IMG/VR virus record: IMGVR_UViG_3300020195_000012
Reading direction: 5' to 3' (one strand)
DNA length: 20,000 nt
Source of the DNA: an uncultured virus (IMG/VR IMGVR_UViG_3300020195_000012)
Lineage: Duplodnaviria; Heunggongvirae; Uroviricota; Caudoviricetes
Positions within the stretch are counted from its first letter, which is position 1. The number at the start of each line of letters is the position of its first letter. The position numbers and the translations under genes were made by a program. The notes under the pieces are model-generated. The model was not told where the DNA came from and did not search any database. It saw nothing but the letters and a program-made list of their open reading frames with translations. Shown here piece by piece: positions 8,935-16,346 of this stretch.

Positions 8935-9432
8935 TTATGATAAAAGACTATACGTTCTTTTTAATTCTTGCCATTCTTGATATCCGAACTCTTGTACTGC
9001 CACGTGTTCATCATGTCCATCGAAGTCAGTTGGACTAATGGTACATTTGAATCTTGGGTACAATTTCTCTAATCTACGTAGTTCTTTCAACTTTTGACTG
9101 AATTGAAAATCTGAAATTGGTTTGAGACCTACAATTTGACAAATATATCTCAACCTAATAATGTCTTTTGCCAGGTTTCGGATTGAGTCGTGGATGACGG
9201 ATTCTCGCGTAGATGAGCCTCTACGCCACGCCATATAATCTTTAACAGGAGGTTCATGTTCGCCCCAAATCCAAACCAATTGTTCTTCGATGCAATACTG
9301 GATGGAGTATTGCATTCGAGCGAATCTGTCTGCTACCCATCTGTGAAATTCCCCAATCTTGTAGCTAAATAAAATCAACAAAATCAAAAAGAACGGGGAA
9401 CAACAACAAAACAATGCAAACACTGCCTCCAT
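8935..9432 (-). CDS. Membrane-anchored protein with a C-terminal NAD-dependent DNA ligase domain-Ia-like segment
   Basis: N-terminal hydrophobic helix (VFALFCCCSPFFLILLILF). KPISDFQFSQKLKELRRLEKLYP....ISPT resembles LigA P.ISD.EYD.L..EL..LE..HP.....SPT. A GGAG RBS lies upstream. Confidence 0.6.
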   Translation of the reverse strand: MEAVFALFCCCSPFFLILLILFSYKIGEFHRWVADRFARMQYSIQYCIEEQLVWIWGEHEPPVKDYMAWRRGSSTRESVIHDSIRNLAKDIIRLRYICQIVGLKPISDFQFSQKLKELRRLEKLYPRFKCTISPTDFDGHDEHVAVQEFGYQEWQELKRTYSLLS

Positions 9433-9458
9433 GACGTTTCTCCCGTCTGGATTCTACT

Positions 9459-10022
9459 TTAGTGCGAAAAAGCATCAATGCGAACTTTACTCTCTCTCGT
9501 ACTTTCCATTAGTTGTTTGACATTTTCCGCACAAAAACCAAACTCTTCACGTTCTATGAATTCGTATATCATGCCAGTCAGCCTATGAGGTTTACTGAAT
9601 ACCTGCTTCAAACCTGGACACGTCATTATATCCTTAGTGGTGAAATCTCCATAGCCCTTTTCCGTCCACTCTGCCATTTTTTTAGCAACAGAATCCACTT
9701 GGTACGCAATATGATGAGCGCCACCAATCCCATTGCGAGCCTCAACCCAATCAAAAACTATTGATCCAATCGTTCCTTCACTAACAAATATCTCAGGAGC
9801 AAGATGATATTCAAGTCGGTCATCTACATGATAAACCCACGGCATGTCCTTATCGAGTTTCTCTGGCGGCTCTAACGCCATGCATAAGGCTTTATCCGTC
9901 TTCTCGTCATTGAAGAAGATTTCAAACTCGGCTTGAATTTTGTATCCAAACGCATCCACAAAGAACTTGACTGCATCATCACGGTTTTTTACTCTGTAGG
10001 CGACGTGATCAATTCTTGACAT
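9459..10022 (-). CDS. VOC/glyoxalase-superfamily protein resembling the catalytic C-terminal half of 4-hydroxyphenylpyruvate dioxygenase
   Basis: RIDHVAYRV, GGAHHIAYQV, LKQVFSKP, YEFIER and GFCAENVKQLMES correspond to HPPD IDH / GIQHIAL / LLQIFTKP / FEIIQR / GFG.GNF.ALFE. Confidence 0.85.
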   Translation of the reverse strand: MSRIDHVAYRVKNRDDAVKFFVDAFGYKIQAEFEIFFNDEKTDKALCMALEPPEKLDKDMPWVYHVDDRLEYHLAPEIFVSEGTIGSIVFDWVEARNGIGGAHHIAYQVDSVAKKMAEWTEKGYGDFTTKDIMTCPGLKQVFSKPHRLTGMIYEFIEREEFGFCAENVKQLMESTRESKVRIDAFSH

Positions 10023-10422
10023 TATTTATCTCCATTCCACACTGACTTTTCAATTGGACAATTTCGTCTTCAACCCAATCTGTTAATACTCTGCTTTTAT
10101 AGCTGTAAACCAAACATAATTCATCCATAGTTTCTCGACCTGGATTGGCAACATAATCCCACTCAACTCCATAAAATTTATGTTTCGTATGAATATGCTG
10201 ATTAATTATTGAAATAACTCCATCTTGTATCGCTGAAAGGTTATTTCGAGTATTGAACATTTTTTCTGAATTAAAATGATCTACATTTTTAATCCACACA
10301 AACAAATAATTATGATCAATCAACATTTTAGAGATCGGTACTCGCCACGAAACATTCGTATTGTAAATTTTATTAATTTCTGCGTCACGCGAATTAAAGA
10401 CGCGCATATACGTTTCTAGCAT
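10009..10422 (-). CDS. Hypothetical protein, likely paralogue of 10422-10772
   Basis: 137 aa, AT-rich, with TRN...DG...HKFYGVE...YKSRV; TAATG junction with the upstream gene. Confidence 0.7.
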   Translation of the reverse strand: MLETYMRVFNSRDAEINKIYNTNVSWRVPISKMLIDHNYLFVWIKNVDHFNSEKMFNTRNNLSAIQDGVISIINQHIHTKHKFYGVEWDYVANPGRETMDELCLVYSYKSRVLTDWVEDEIVQLKSQCGMEINNVKN

Positions 10423-10772
10423 TATAACTCAAAATATTGTGTTTTAACTCTTGCACGGTAACGGAATCCAATTTGTTTAATATACATTAATGCTCCAGAC
10501 TTATCACCACTCAGGTCCGAACACTCAACGCCATAATAAATATGTGTACTTAAATGCTTGTGATCCAAATACAACTTCAATTCCAATATACCATTAAACA
10601 TATTAACAATTGCATTTCTAATGTCAATATTATTATTAAAAGATTTATGATCTTTTAATAATAATTGCAGTCTTCCATTAAATGGAGATATATCAAAGAT
10701 AACGTCAACGGGAGGGCAAATAATCAACCCGTTGACGTCTTTGCAAGTAAACCACACGTCAAGTTTTTTCAT
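10422..10772 (-). CDS. Hypothetical protein, likely paralogue of 10009-10422
   Basis: 116 aa, AT-rich, with IRN...NG...HIYYGVE...YRARV; ATGA overlap with the upstream gene. Confidence 0.7.
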   Translation of the reverse strand: MKKLDVWFTCKDVNGLIICPPVDVIFDISPFNGRLQLLLKDHKSFNNNIDIRNAIVNMFNGILELKLYLDHKHLSTHIYYGVECSDLSGDKSGALMYIKQIGFRYRARVKTQYFEL

Positions 10773-11200
10773 CGCTTTTTCCGTTCCGCTCGTTGCTGCT
10801 TCTTCCTTGCCTCTGCTCGTTCTTTTGGATTCAGGCGAACAATACCCTTTGCCTTACACATCTTTTGAAAATCATTCTGCATCTCTATAACTTCACCTTC
10901 AGTTCCAATATACATCTTGGGCGATACTCCCTTGATCCACATAAAGAACGTACCAATCTTGCCCTTGTCCGTGTCATAGAAATGCGACGCGGCAACATTC
11001 TTAACTCCATCAACTCTTGGCTTGCCTTTAGCCATCATCTCGGCAGAATTCTTGGCGAACTCTTCCAACTGTTCTTTGGAAAACAACGCTGATACTGTGT
11101 CTGTAGCAGCGACATCCGAATAAACAGCATCTTTTTTTTGTTCCGACAAATGTGGACCTTTTGTGTCCACAACAGCATTGTCAATTACTTCAGTAACCAT
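10769..11200 (-). CDS. Hypothetical protein with basic C-terminal tail
   Basis: 143-aa ORF overlapping both neighbours; ends ...ARKKQQRAERKKR. Confidence 0.75.
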   Translation of the reverse strand: MVTEVIDNAVVDTKGPHLSEQKKDAVYSDVAATDTVSALFSKEQLEEFAKNSAEMMAKGKPRVDGVKNVAASHFYDTDKGKIGTFFMWIKGVSPKMYIGTEGEVIEMQNDFQKMCKAKGIVRLNPKERAEARKKQQRAERKKR

Positions 11201-12582
11201 TTTTTGTCAAACTCCCGTGGGATTCCAAAATAAAACCTTTGATACTTTTGTTTCATGTCCTTGTACCAATCGGACTCTAAAATATAACTCAAATAAGCAA
11301 ACACATCACTGTACGGACGACCTGTCTCTTTCCAATAAAGTTTAAACTCGTCCGTCAAGTTGTTTTCAACTCCATCTACGGGAACAGTTCTATTCGCAGA
11401 TGGACTACAATTACGATTCACGTCATAGTCGGTGAACCCATGATAGTCCAAACAACCTTTACTTGGGTTGCCTGGAAAGTAGAAAGACCGGCATGGATTC
11501 GGATTCAACTGGTACACGAAACTTGCTTTTTTCAATGCTTCGTGTCGAAAATAGAACCGAATCTCATGACGGTGCTGGATTGGTTTGTAAAAGTTATCAC
11601 ATTGAAAATCTTTGGTGTCAACCCGTCGCCTAATCTCTTCAACATAACGACTAACCACTTCCAGTTTATTAATATCACCCTTCTTCAACGCCCTCAAATG
11701 CGGTTCACCCTGATAGGACAAACCTTCCATTACCCCAACTTGACCAGAGAACAACCTTATCAATCTTTCCTTGAAATGCTCTCTTGGCTCACATTTCACC
11801 GACAACAAAACACTCTCGCACGGAACACTTCCCAAGTAAGTTTTCTTGAATATGGATTGAAAAGGAATCAAGTCCTCGTCAACTCCATAAAACGAATCTA
11901 AGTTAGATTCAATCCCATCCCACAAAAACTTATCCGAACGTGTTCCATCTACAACAAAATGAACGTAACACAGGTCGGTTGTCACACCAAAAAAATCCTG
12001 TCCAATGTCATTCACTGATACAAGTCTAACATTGTTTTTCAGAAATCCCGTAAACGTCTTGTACGAACGAGAATTGTTCTGGAATATTGTCTTCGGCAAA
12101 ATGTAGTAAATGTGACCACTAACATTATTCTTCAAAATCAAATCAATGCTTTTGATAATGAAAAATACTGCTTCTTCTCGTATTCCTGTTACGCCATACT
12201 TCTCACACATCTTGCGAAGGTATGGCTTACGATTGAAAACCACATCATCGCCCAGTGAACAAGCTGGGGTGCGATAAGGTGGGTTTCCTATAAACGTTAT
12301 ATCGTTACCAACCAGTAAATCAAAATCATAGAAATTCAGATTAGCAACCTGTTCTCCTACGTACTCAAGCTCTTCATCTAACTCAATTCCCAAGATAATG
12401 GTATTTGGCGATTTTGCTCTGATCTTGTCTAAGAAAACACCTTTGCCGCAACTCGGTTCAATCACCAACGGAGTTACTATTTCCGTGTGACTCAAACAAA
12501 AGTCAGCAGTTTTATCCGGAGTGAAGAACTGCCCGAGTTGTTGCTGCTTCTCAGGTAAGTCTTTTGAATTGACTTTACCCAT
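11185..12582 (-). CDS. Amino (N6-adenine/N4-cytosine) DNA methyltransferase, gamma-class motif order, with a long unassigned C-terminal region
   Basis: LGQFFTP (motif X), VIEPSCGKGVF (motif I), GIELD, FIGNPPY (motif IV) and YILP. No cognate restriction gene is adjacent. Confidence 0.88.
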   Translation of the reverse strand: MGKVNSKDLPEKQQQLGQFFTPDKTADFCLSHTEIVTPLVIEPSCGKGVFLDKIRAKSPNTIILGIELDEELEYVGEQVANLNFYDFDLLVGNDITFIGNPPYRTPACSLGDDVVFNRKPYLRKMCEKYGVTGIREEAVFFIIKSIDLILKNNVSGHIYYILPKTIFQNNSRSYKTFTGFLKNNVRLVSVNDIGQDFFGVTTDLCYVHFVVDGTRSDKFLWDGIESNLDSFYGVDEDLIPFQSIFKKTYLGSVPCESVLLSVKCEPREHFKERLIRLFSGQVGVMEGLSYQGEPHLRALKKGDINKLEVVSRYVEEIRRRVDTKDFQCDNFYKPIQHRHEIRFYFRHEALKKASFVYQLNPNPCRSFYFPGNPSKGCLDYHGFTDYDVNRNCSPSANRTVPVDGVENNLTDEFKLYWKETGRPYSDVFAYLSYILESDWYKDMKQKYQRFYFGIPREFDKKWLLK

Positions 12583-13131
12583 CTATATTTTCAATCTCCA
12601 TTCGTTCAATTCTTTCTTTGCCAGTTCAACACATTCATCCGCTTGATCAAATCGAATGTTGTTGTGAGCAGGCCATATAATCGCACTGCCGCCTGCGTCC
12701 ACGAACTTCGTGCAATTGACTGTGTGGTCATCAATCAAGATCGTGTTCGGACCTGCGCACAATTCCTTCTTATGCGTAATTGCATAATCAGTAAAATTGG
12801 ACCCAAAATGCTTCTGCATCCATTGCAACTTGCCAGACAGGGACGAACTGTGTGTGGTTGGTCTGGTGAGTATGTACGTTGGGGCTAAATCCTTGCAGTA
12901 ATGATAAAAGTCCATCGCATATGGGTAAAGTGTCAGGTTCGCCCAGAAACCCTCTCCTGCGGCATTTATGACCTGAAAAAAGGCATCCTCGGAAATGCCG
13001 AGAACCTTCGCCATGTCGTACTCGCCAGAAGGCCAGACAGACAGCAATTCGTCATAATCCAAATCAAATATGTCTGCTGCGCTTTTGACGAAATTAATCA
13101 AAACTCCATCTAAATCTAAAAATATTCGCAT
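12583..13131 (-). CDS. HAD-superfamily 5'(3')-deoxyribonucleotidase (NT5C-like)
   Basis: IFLDLDGVL (DxD), FW.NL..YP, ILTRP, GKLQW, and K...ILIDD. The ATG at 13131 is preferred over the TTG at 13134. Confidence 0.9.
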   Translation of the reverse strand: MRIFLDLDGVLINFVKSAADIFDLDYDELLSVWPSGEYDMAKVLGISEDAFFQVINAAGEGFWANLTLYPYAMDFYHYCKDLAPTYILTRPTTHSSSLSGKLQWMQKHFGSNFTDYAITHKKELCAGPNTILIDDHTVNCTKFVDAGGSAIIWPAHNNIRFDQADECVELAKKELNEWRLKI

Positions 13132-13150
13132 CAATTTACCATAATGTTTA

Positions 13151-13183
13151 TAATAACTCCCAGAACTAATCTGGGAGTTATTA
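13151..13183. terminator. 14-bp perfect inverted repeat TAATAACTCCCAGA-actaa-TCTGGGAGTTATTA (terminator-like or processing hairpin)
   Basis: Seen directly in the gap between two minus-strand genes; there is no clear U-tract. Confidence 0.6.
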
Positions 13184-13191
13184 ATAGATTT

Positions 13192-13425
13192 CTATTCAGA
13201 AACGTCATCAATTTCCACGTGAGGAATTCCATCACCGGATTGGCTAATCACCAGTTTTGCACCTGTGCCCGTGATCAAGTCAACCAATTCAAGGGTTGAA
13301 TCAATTTCAATGAGCCAGTCTTGGCAGTGAAGGTGCCATCTCGCTTCAGGGTGTGGCGACCATTCTGGAGTAGGATGATCAATCGTCATAAACTTGTCGG
13401 AAGCACGTGAAATAGTGAAAATCAT
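13192..13425 (-). CDS. Small hypothetical protein
   Basis: 77 aa with a strong GAGGAG RBS upstream; fills the gap between the HAD gene and clpP. Confidence 0.8.
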   Translation of the reverse strand: MIFTISRASDKFMTIDHPTPEWSPHPEARWHLHCQDWLIEIDSTLELVDLITGTGAKLVISQSGDGIPHVEIDDVSE

Positions 13426-13452
13426 GGAAACTCCTCTAAGTAGAAAGAAAAT

Positions 13453-14004
13453 TCAGACCAATCTGATCTGATCACACAGATTCAGTTCAAGGGCTTCTTT
13501 CGCAGTCAAATAGACATCCGATGGCGGAAGCAAGTGTTTTCTAATCATCTTCTCTGTCAAACCTGTGTGTTTTTTAAAATGACGCATAATCATTTCGCCA
13601 ATAATTTTGTCTCTTTTAATTCCCGCAATCAACTCGTGTTCTTTTCCATCTATACCGCCAGCAAACTGATGTGACATTATCAACGTGTTCGGTGTCAGTA
13701 TTCTATCACCCTTCTTGCCTGCTATAAAGATCAATAATCCCATCGACGCAATAATTCCCATGCCAACTGTGCGTATTGGAATTGTGCTTCCAGCCATCGC
13801 ATCAACCACAGACAACCCGGAACTCACATATCCACCAGGACTATTAATGATCAAAGTCAACATTTCATGACGAGATTCAAAATTCTCTTCAATGATCCAT
13901 CTTATAACATCTGCGCTTTGTTCATCATCCACGTCACCAGAAAATTGCCATACGCCCCAATCCTCTAGACTCTTACTTTCCTCTTCAAAATCATCGTGTT
14001 TCAT
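13453..14004 (-). CDS. clpP: ClpP-family serine protease
   Basis: INSPGGYV..GL.VVDAM, IASMG (catalytic Ser), IMSHQ (His) and DVYLTAKEALELNLCD (Asp); the triad is intact. Confidence 0.93.
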   Translation of the reverse strand: MKHDDFEEESKSLEDWGVWQFSGDVDDEQSADVIRWIIEENFESRHEMLTLIINSPGGYVSSGLSVVDAMAGSTIPIRTVGMGIIASMGLLIFIAGKKGDRILTPNTLIMSHQFAGGIDGKEHELIAGIKRDKIIGEMIMRHFKKHTGLTEKMIRKHLLPPSDVYLTAKEALELNLCDQIRLV

Positions 14005-14008
14005 GAAT

Positions 14009-14347
14009 TTACTCTATTGTTTTAGCATAATTGAATAATACTACATATGTCATTATTATGAAAGAAATTACGGAAGAAATCTCTACTCCAACATGCCAAT
14101 CTCTTCTTTTTGAACGAAATTTAATATAACAAGTTATAAACATTATAAGAAAAACGCCAATCGCTTTACTCAAAAAAAGAACATTCCAACCGTATTCTTT
14201 CAAGACGTAAGCCATAATTGGATTGTCTTCTTCGCATCCATGATAACTAATTGCAACATACGTCGTTAGGCAATCAAAGAAATGTAACACACACGTTAAC
14301 ATAATGATAGCCCAAAACCATCGATTTCCAATATAACCATGTTTCAT
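14009..14347 (-). CDS. DUF5658-like membrane protein
   Basis: FFDCLTTY...EEDNPIM...LSK pattern with about three hydrophobic helices. Start placed at 14347 (ATGA overlap with the pyrB stop) rather than 14380. Confidence 0.75.
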   Translation of the reverse strand: MKHGYIGNRWFWAIIMLTCVLHFFDCLTTYVAISYHGCEEDNPIMAYVLKEYGWNVLFLSKAIGVFLIMFITCYIKFRSKRRDWHVGVEISSVISFIIMTYVVLFNYAKTIE

Positions 14348-15225
14348 AGAATGTCTTGTAATAGAGCAGCGCGAATCCATAAACCATTTTCCGCTTGTCT
14401 AAAATACGCTGCTCGCAAATTATTATCAACTTCTGGAGATAATTCTTCTCGTCTTGGCAGTGGATGCATAACAATACTTGAAGGTTTCATGCTCTCAACC
14501 AACTCATATGTGATCCAAAAATCTGCCCCAAGTTTATCCCCACCACCACGTTCTGTCTGAAGTCTTGTCATGTAAACCACATCTGCCCCTTTGATTCCTT
14601 CCTCAACAGAATTTCTAAAAGCAATTGTCATTCCTTGCTTGAAAGCAAAATTCATCACTTCATCAGGCAAAGACAATTTTTCGGGACTCACCAAAGTCAA
14701 TTTTATTTTTTCATACAATCCAAGCAGGTAAATCAAACTGTGGATTGTTCGTCCATGTTTCAGATCACCAACCAGACAATAATGTTTATTATCCGGCTCT
14801 CCTGTCTCTCGATAAACTGTGTACAAATCCAACAATGCCTGCGTAGGATGCTCACCCGTTCCATCGCCCGCATTGATAATTGGAACGGTCGCTACGCTTG
14901 CAGCTCTTTGTGCTGCGCCATTGTCAGGGTGCCTTAACACAATTGCGTCACAATAAGTAGAAACAATTCTGATCGTGTCTTCCAGTGTTTCGCCTTTGAT
15001 GGCTGATGAGAATTGCGCAGCGTTCTCTGTTGAGATTACGTTTCCACCAAGTTTGAACATTGCTGCTTCGAAACTGAGACGAGTTCGTGTACTTGGCTCG
15101 TAGAACAAAGTGGCAATGATGCTTCCAGTCAAAGTTTTGAGTGGAGACATTCGGATTTGATCCGCCTCCTTGACAAGCCTTTTCACATCTTTGCGACCAA
15201 ACTGACGTGCGCTAATAACGTGCAT
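14344..15225 (-). CDS. pyrB: Aspartate carbamoyltransferase catalytic subunit
   Basis: FYEPSTRTRLSFE, KGETLEDT, VLRH, INAGDG..EHPTQALLD, GDLKHGRT, YMTRLQTER and MHPLPR; RBS AGGAG at 15232-15236. Confidence 0.98.
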   Translation of the reverse strand: MHVISARQFGRKDVKRLVKEADQIRMSPLKTLTGSIIATLFYEPSTRTRLSFEAAMFKLGGNVISTENAAQFSSAIKGETLEDTIRIVSTYCDAIVLRHPDNGAAQRAASVATVPIINAGDGTGEHPTQALLDLYTVYRETGEPDNKHYCLVGDLKHGRTIHSLIYLLGLYEKIKLTLVSPEKLSLPDEVMNFAFKQGMTIAFRNSVEEGIKGADVVYMTRLQTERGGGDKLGADFWITYELVESMKPSSIVMHPLPRREELSPEVDNNLRAAYFRQAENGLWIRAALLQDIL

Positions 15226-15560
15226 TTCCTTCTCCTGGTTTAGTGACTAAAACAAAGTCGAAAGAACCCCTGTGGGACAATAAGGGTTAAGCTGAATTAA
15301 AGCTTAATACGTTTAAAGTCAATTTAAGTACATGCAAAAAGTTAAGCATGCTTAATACACTTGTTACACTTACTAACATCAGCTCTCTTCACAATTGTGA
15401 ATGTCCCTTTGGGTAAAGGGCTGACATAACTTGAGTGTTCGACAAACAGAGTGGGGTTCTAAGAACTCTGGGACCGCCAAAGGTGAAGGCGTTGTCATGG
15501 TTTTTATCAGTGACTTCTGCGAGTGTTGGCTTGTTTCACTAATGTAGCCTCTTGCTACTG
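15226..15560 (-). ncRNA. Candidate structured 5' leader RNA of pyrB (~335 nt) or independent ncRNA; no known family recognised
   Basis: Lies between a consensus promoter and the pyrB RBS. By eye it has two three-way junctions (15441-15496, 15376-15427), several hairpins, and G-U pairs that favour the minus strand. Confidence 0.45.
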
Positions 15561-15566
15561 CGAACA

Positions 15567-15595
15567 ATGTTATGACAAAAATCATTTTCTGTCAA
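15567..15595 (-). promoter_or_regulatory. Sigma70-type promoter TTGACA-17-TAACAT pointing toward pyrB, overlapped by an imperfect inverted repeat
   Basis: -35 at 15590-15595, -10 at 15567-15572, 17-nt spacer; TGACA...TGTCA dyad at 15573-15594. Confidence 0.75.
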
Positions 15596-15632
15596 GTGCT
15601 ATTGTTTTTCACGTCTAAAGTAGTACACTGTC

Positions 15633-16040
15633 TTGAACACTTGGAGAACCTTTGTGATTTTGCTAACTCTATTTGTACTTGTTTGTTGGTGTGTCGCTAC
15701 AATTGCCGTCAACAAACCCGAGATTGCTAAAAACCTACCTGGACAACTTGATCTAGATTTGACTTCTATTTGGATGAAAAGTTATGCAGTAATTGTCTCA
15801 CCAGCAATTGTAGTTTGCCTCGTACTTGGAATTTTGGCTGCATTAATGTTTTTAGTGTTTTATTATCCTTTTGATTTGTGCGCAAGAAGAAGAGTCGCTT
15901 TAGAAGCAAAAAACATAACTTGGCAAAAAGAGCAGAATTTGAACGATTATCGACGTGAAGTTGAAGAGCATAATTTGCAAACCGCAATCAGTCGTTTTCA
16001 ACATCATAACAAACTGAACTCTAGCGGAAATGATATATGA
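15633..16040 (+). CDS. Two-TM membrane protein with a C-terminal soluble helix
   Basis: Hydrophobic segments FVILLTLFVLVCWCVATIAV and YAVIVSPAIVVCLVLGILAALMFLVFY; TTG start is uncertain; ATGA overlap with the next gene. Confidence 0.7.
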   Translation: MNTWRTFVILLTLFVLVCWCVATIAVNKPEIAKNLPGQLDLDLTSIWMKSYAVIVSPAIVVCLVLGILAALMFLVFYYPFDLCARRRVALEAKNITWQKEQNLNDYRREVEEHNLQTAISRFQHHNKLNSSGNDI

Positions 16041-16315
16041 AACATCTATTTGTTTTTTTGGCTGGCATATTTGCAACAATTGCGTTTATGTGGATGTTGG
16101 AGTATTCCACTCCACGTGATTCATGCGAACAAGCTGTGTACGACCACCAACCCAAAGCAGTTTTGTTTATTGTTTATGATCCAAACGCTAAACACAGATG
16201 GGAACATTTTGGTGGAAGCGGTCGGTATGGCGATACTGATACAATCGTATACAGAGATTTAGTTGATATCAATAATATCAAAAAACGTGTTAAAATAATT
16301 GTTAGTTCACCTTGA
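16037..16315 (+). CDS. Small protein with an N-terminal membrane anchor or signal peptide
   Basis: MKHLFVFLAGIFATIAFMW; 92 aa. Confidence 0.75.
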   Translation: MKHLFVFLAGIFATIAFMWMLEYSTPRDSCEQAVYDHQPKAVLFIVYDPNAKHRWEHFGGSGRYGDTDTIVYRDLVDINNIKKRVKIIVSSP

Positions 16316-16340
16316 TCAAATAATTTAAGCTCGGTATAAT
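16312..16340 (+). promoter_or_regulatory. Sigma70-type promoter TTGATC-17-TATAAT, 6 nt before the pyrE ATG
   Basis: -35 at 16312-16317, -10 at 16335-16340, ATG at 16347, and no Shine-Dalgarno. Confidence 0.75.
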
Positions 16341-16346
16341 AAGTTT

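Noticed and set aside
11440..11901. 153-aa plus-strand ORF and other antisense ORFs in the track
   Set aside because: They lie fully antisense to well-supported genes and show no motifs or RBS.
7588..12582. HNH plus methyltransferase as a restriction-modification pair
   Set aside because: They are 3.3 kb and eight genes apart, and the HNH is the small stand-alone phage type.
15379..15585. 68-aa minus-strand ORF as a pyrB leader peptide
   Set aside because: Its start codon lies within the promoter spacer, upstream of the predicted TSS, and has no RBS. A shorter version from the ATG near 15498 cannot be fully excluded.
15226..15632. tRNA, tmRNA, RNase P RNA or PyrR-binding attenuator in the intergenic region
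   Set aside because: No T-loop/acceptor cloverleaf, no GAGGAAAGUCC and no PyrR consensus loop was found on either strand by eye.
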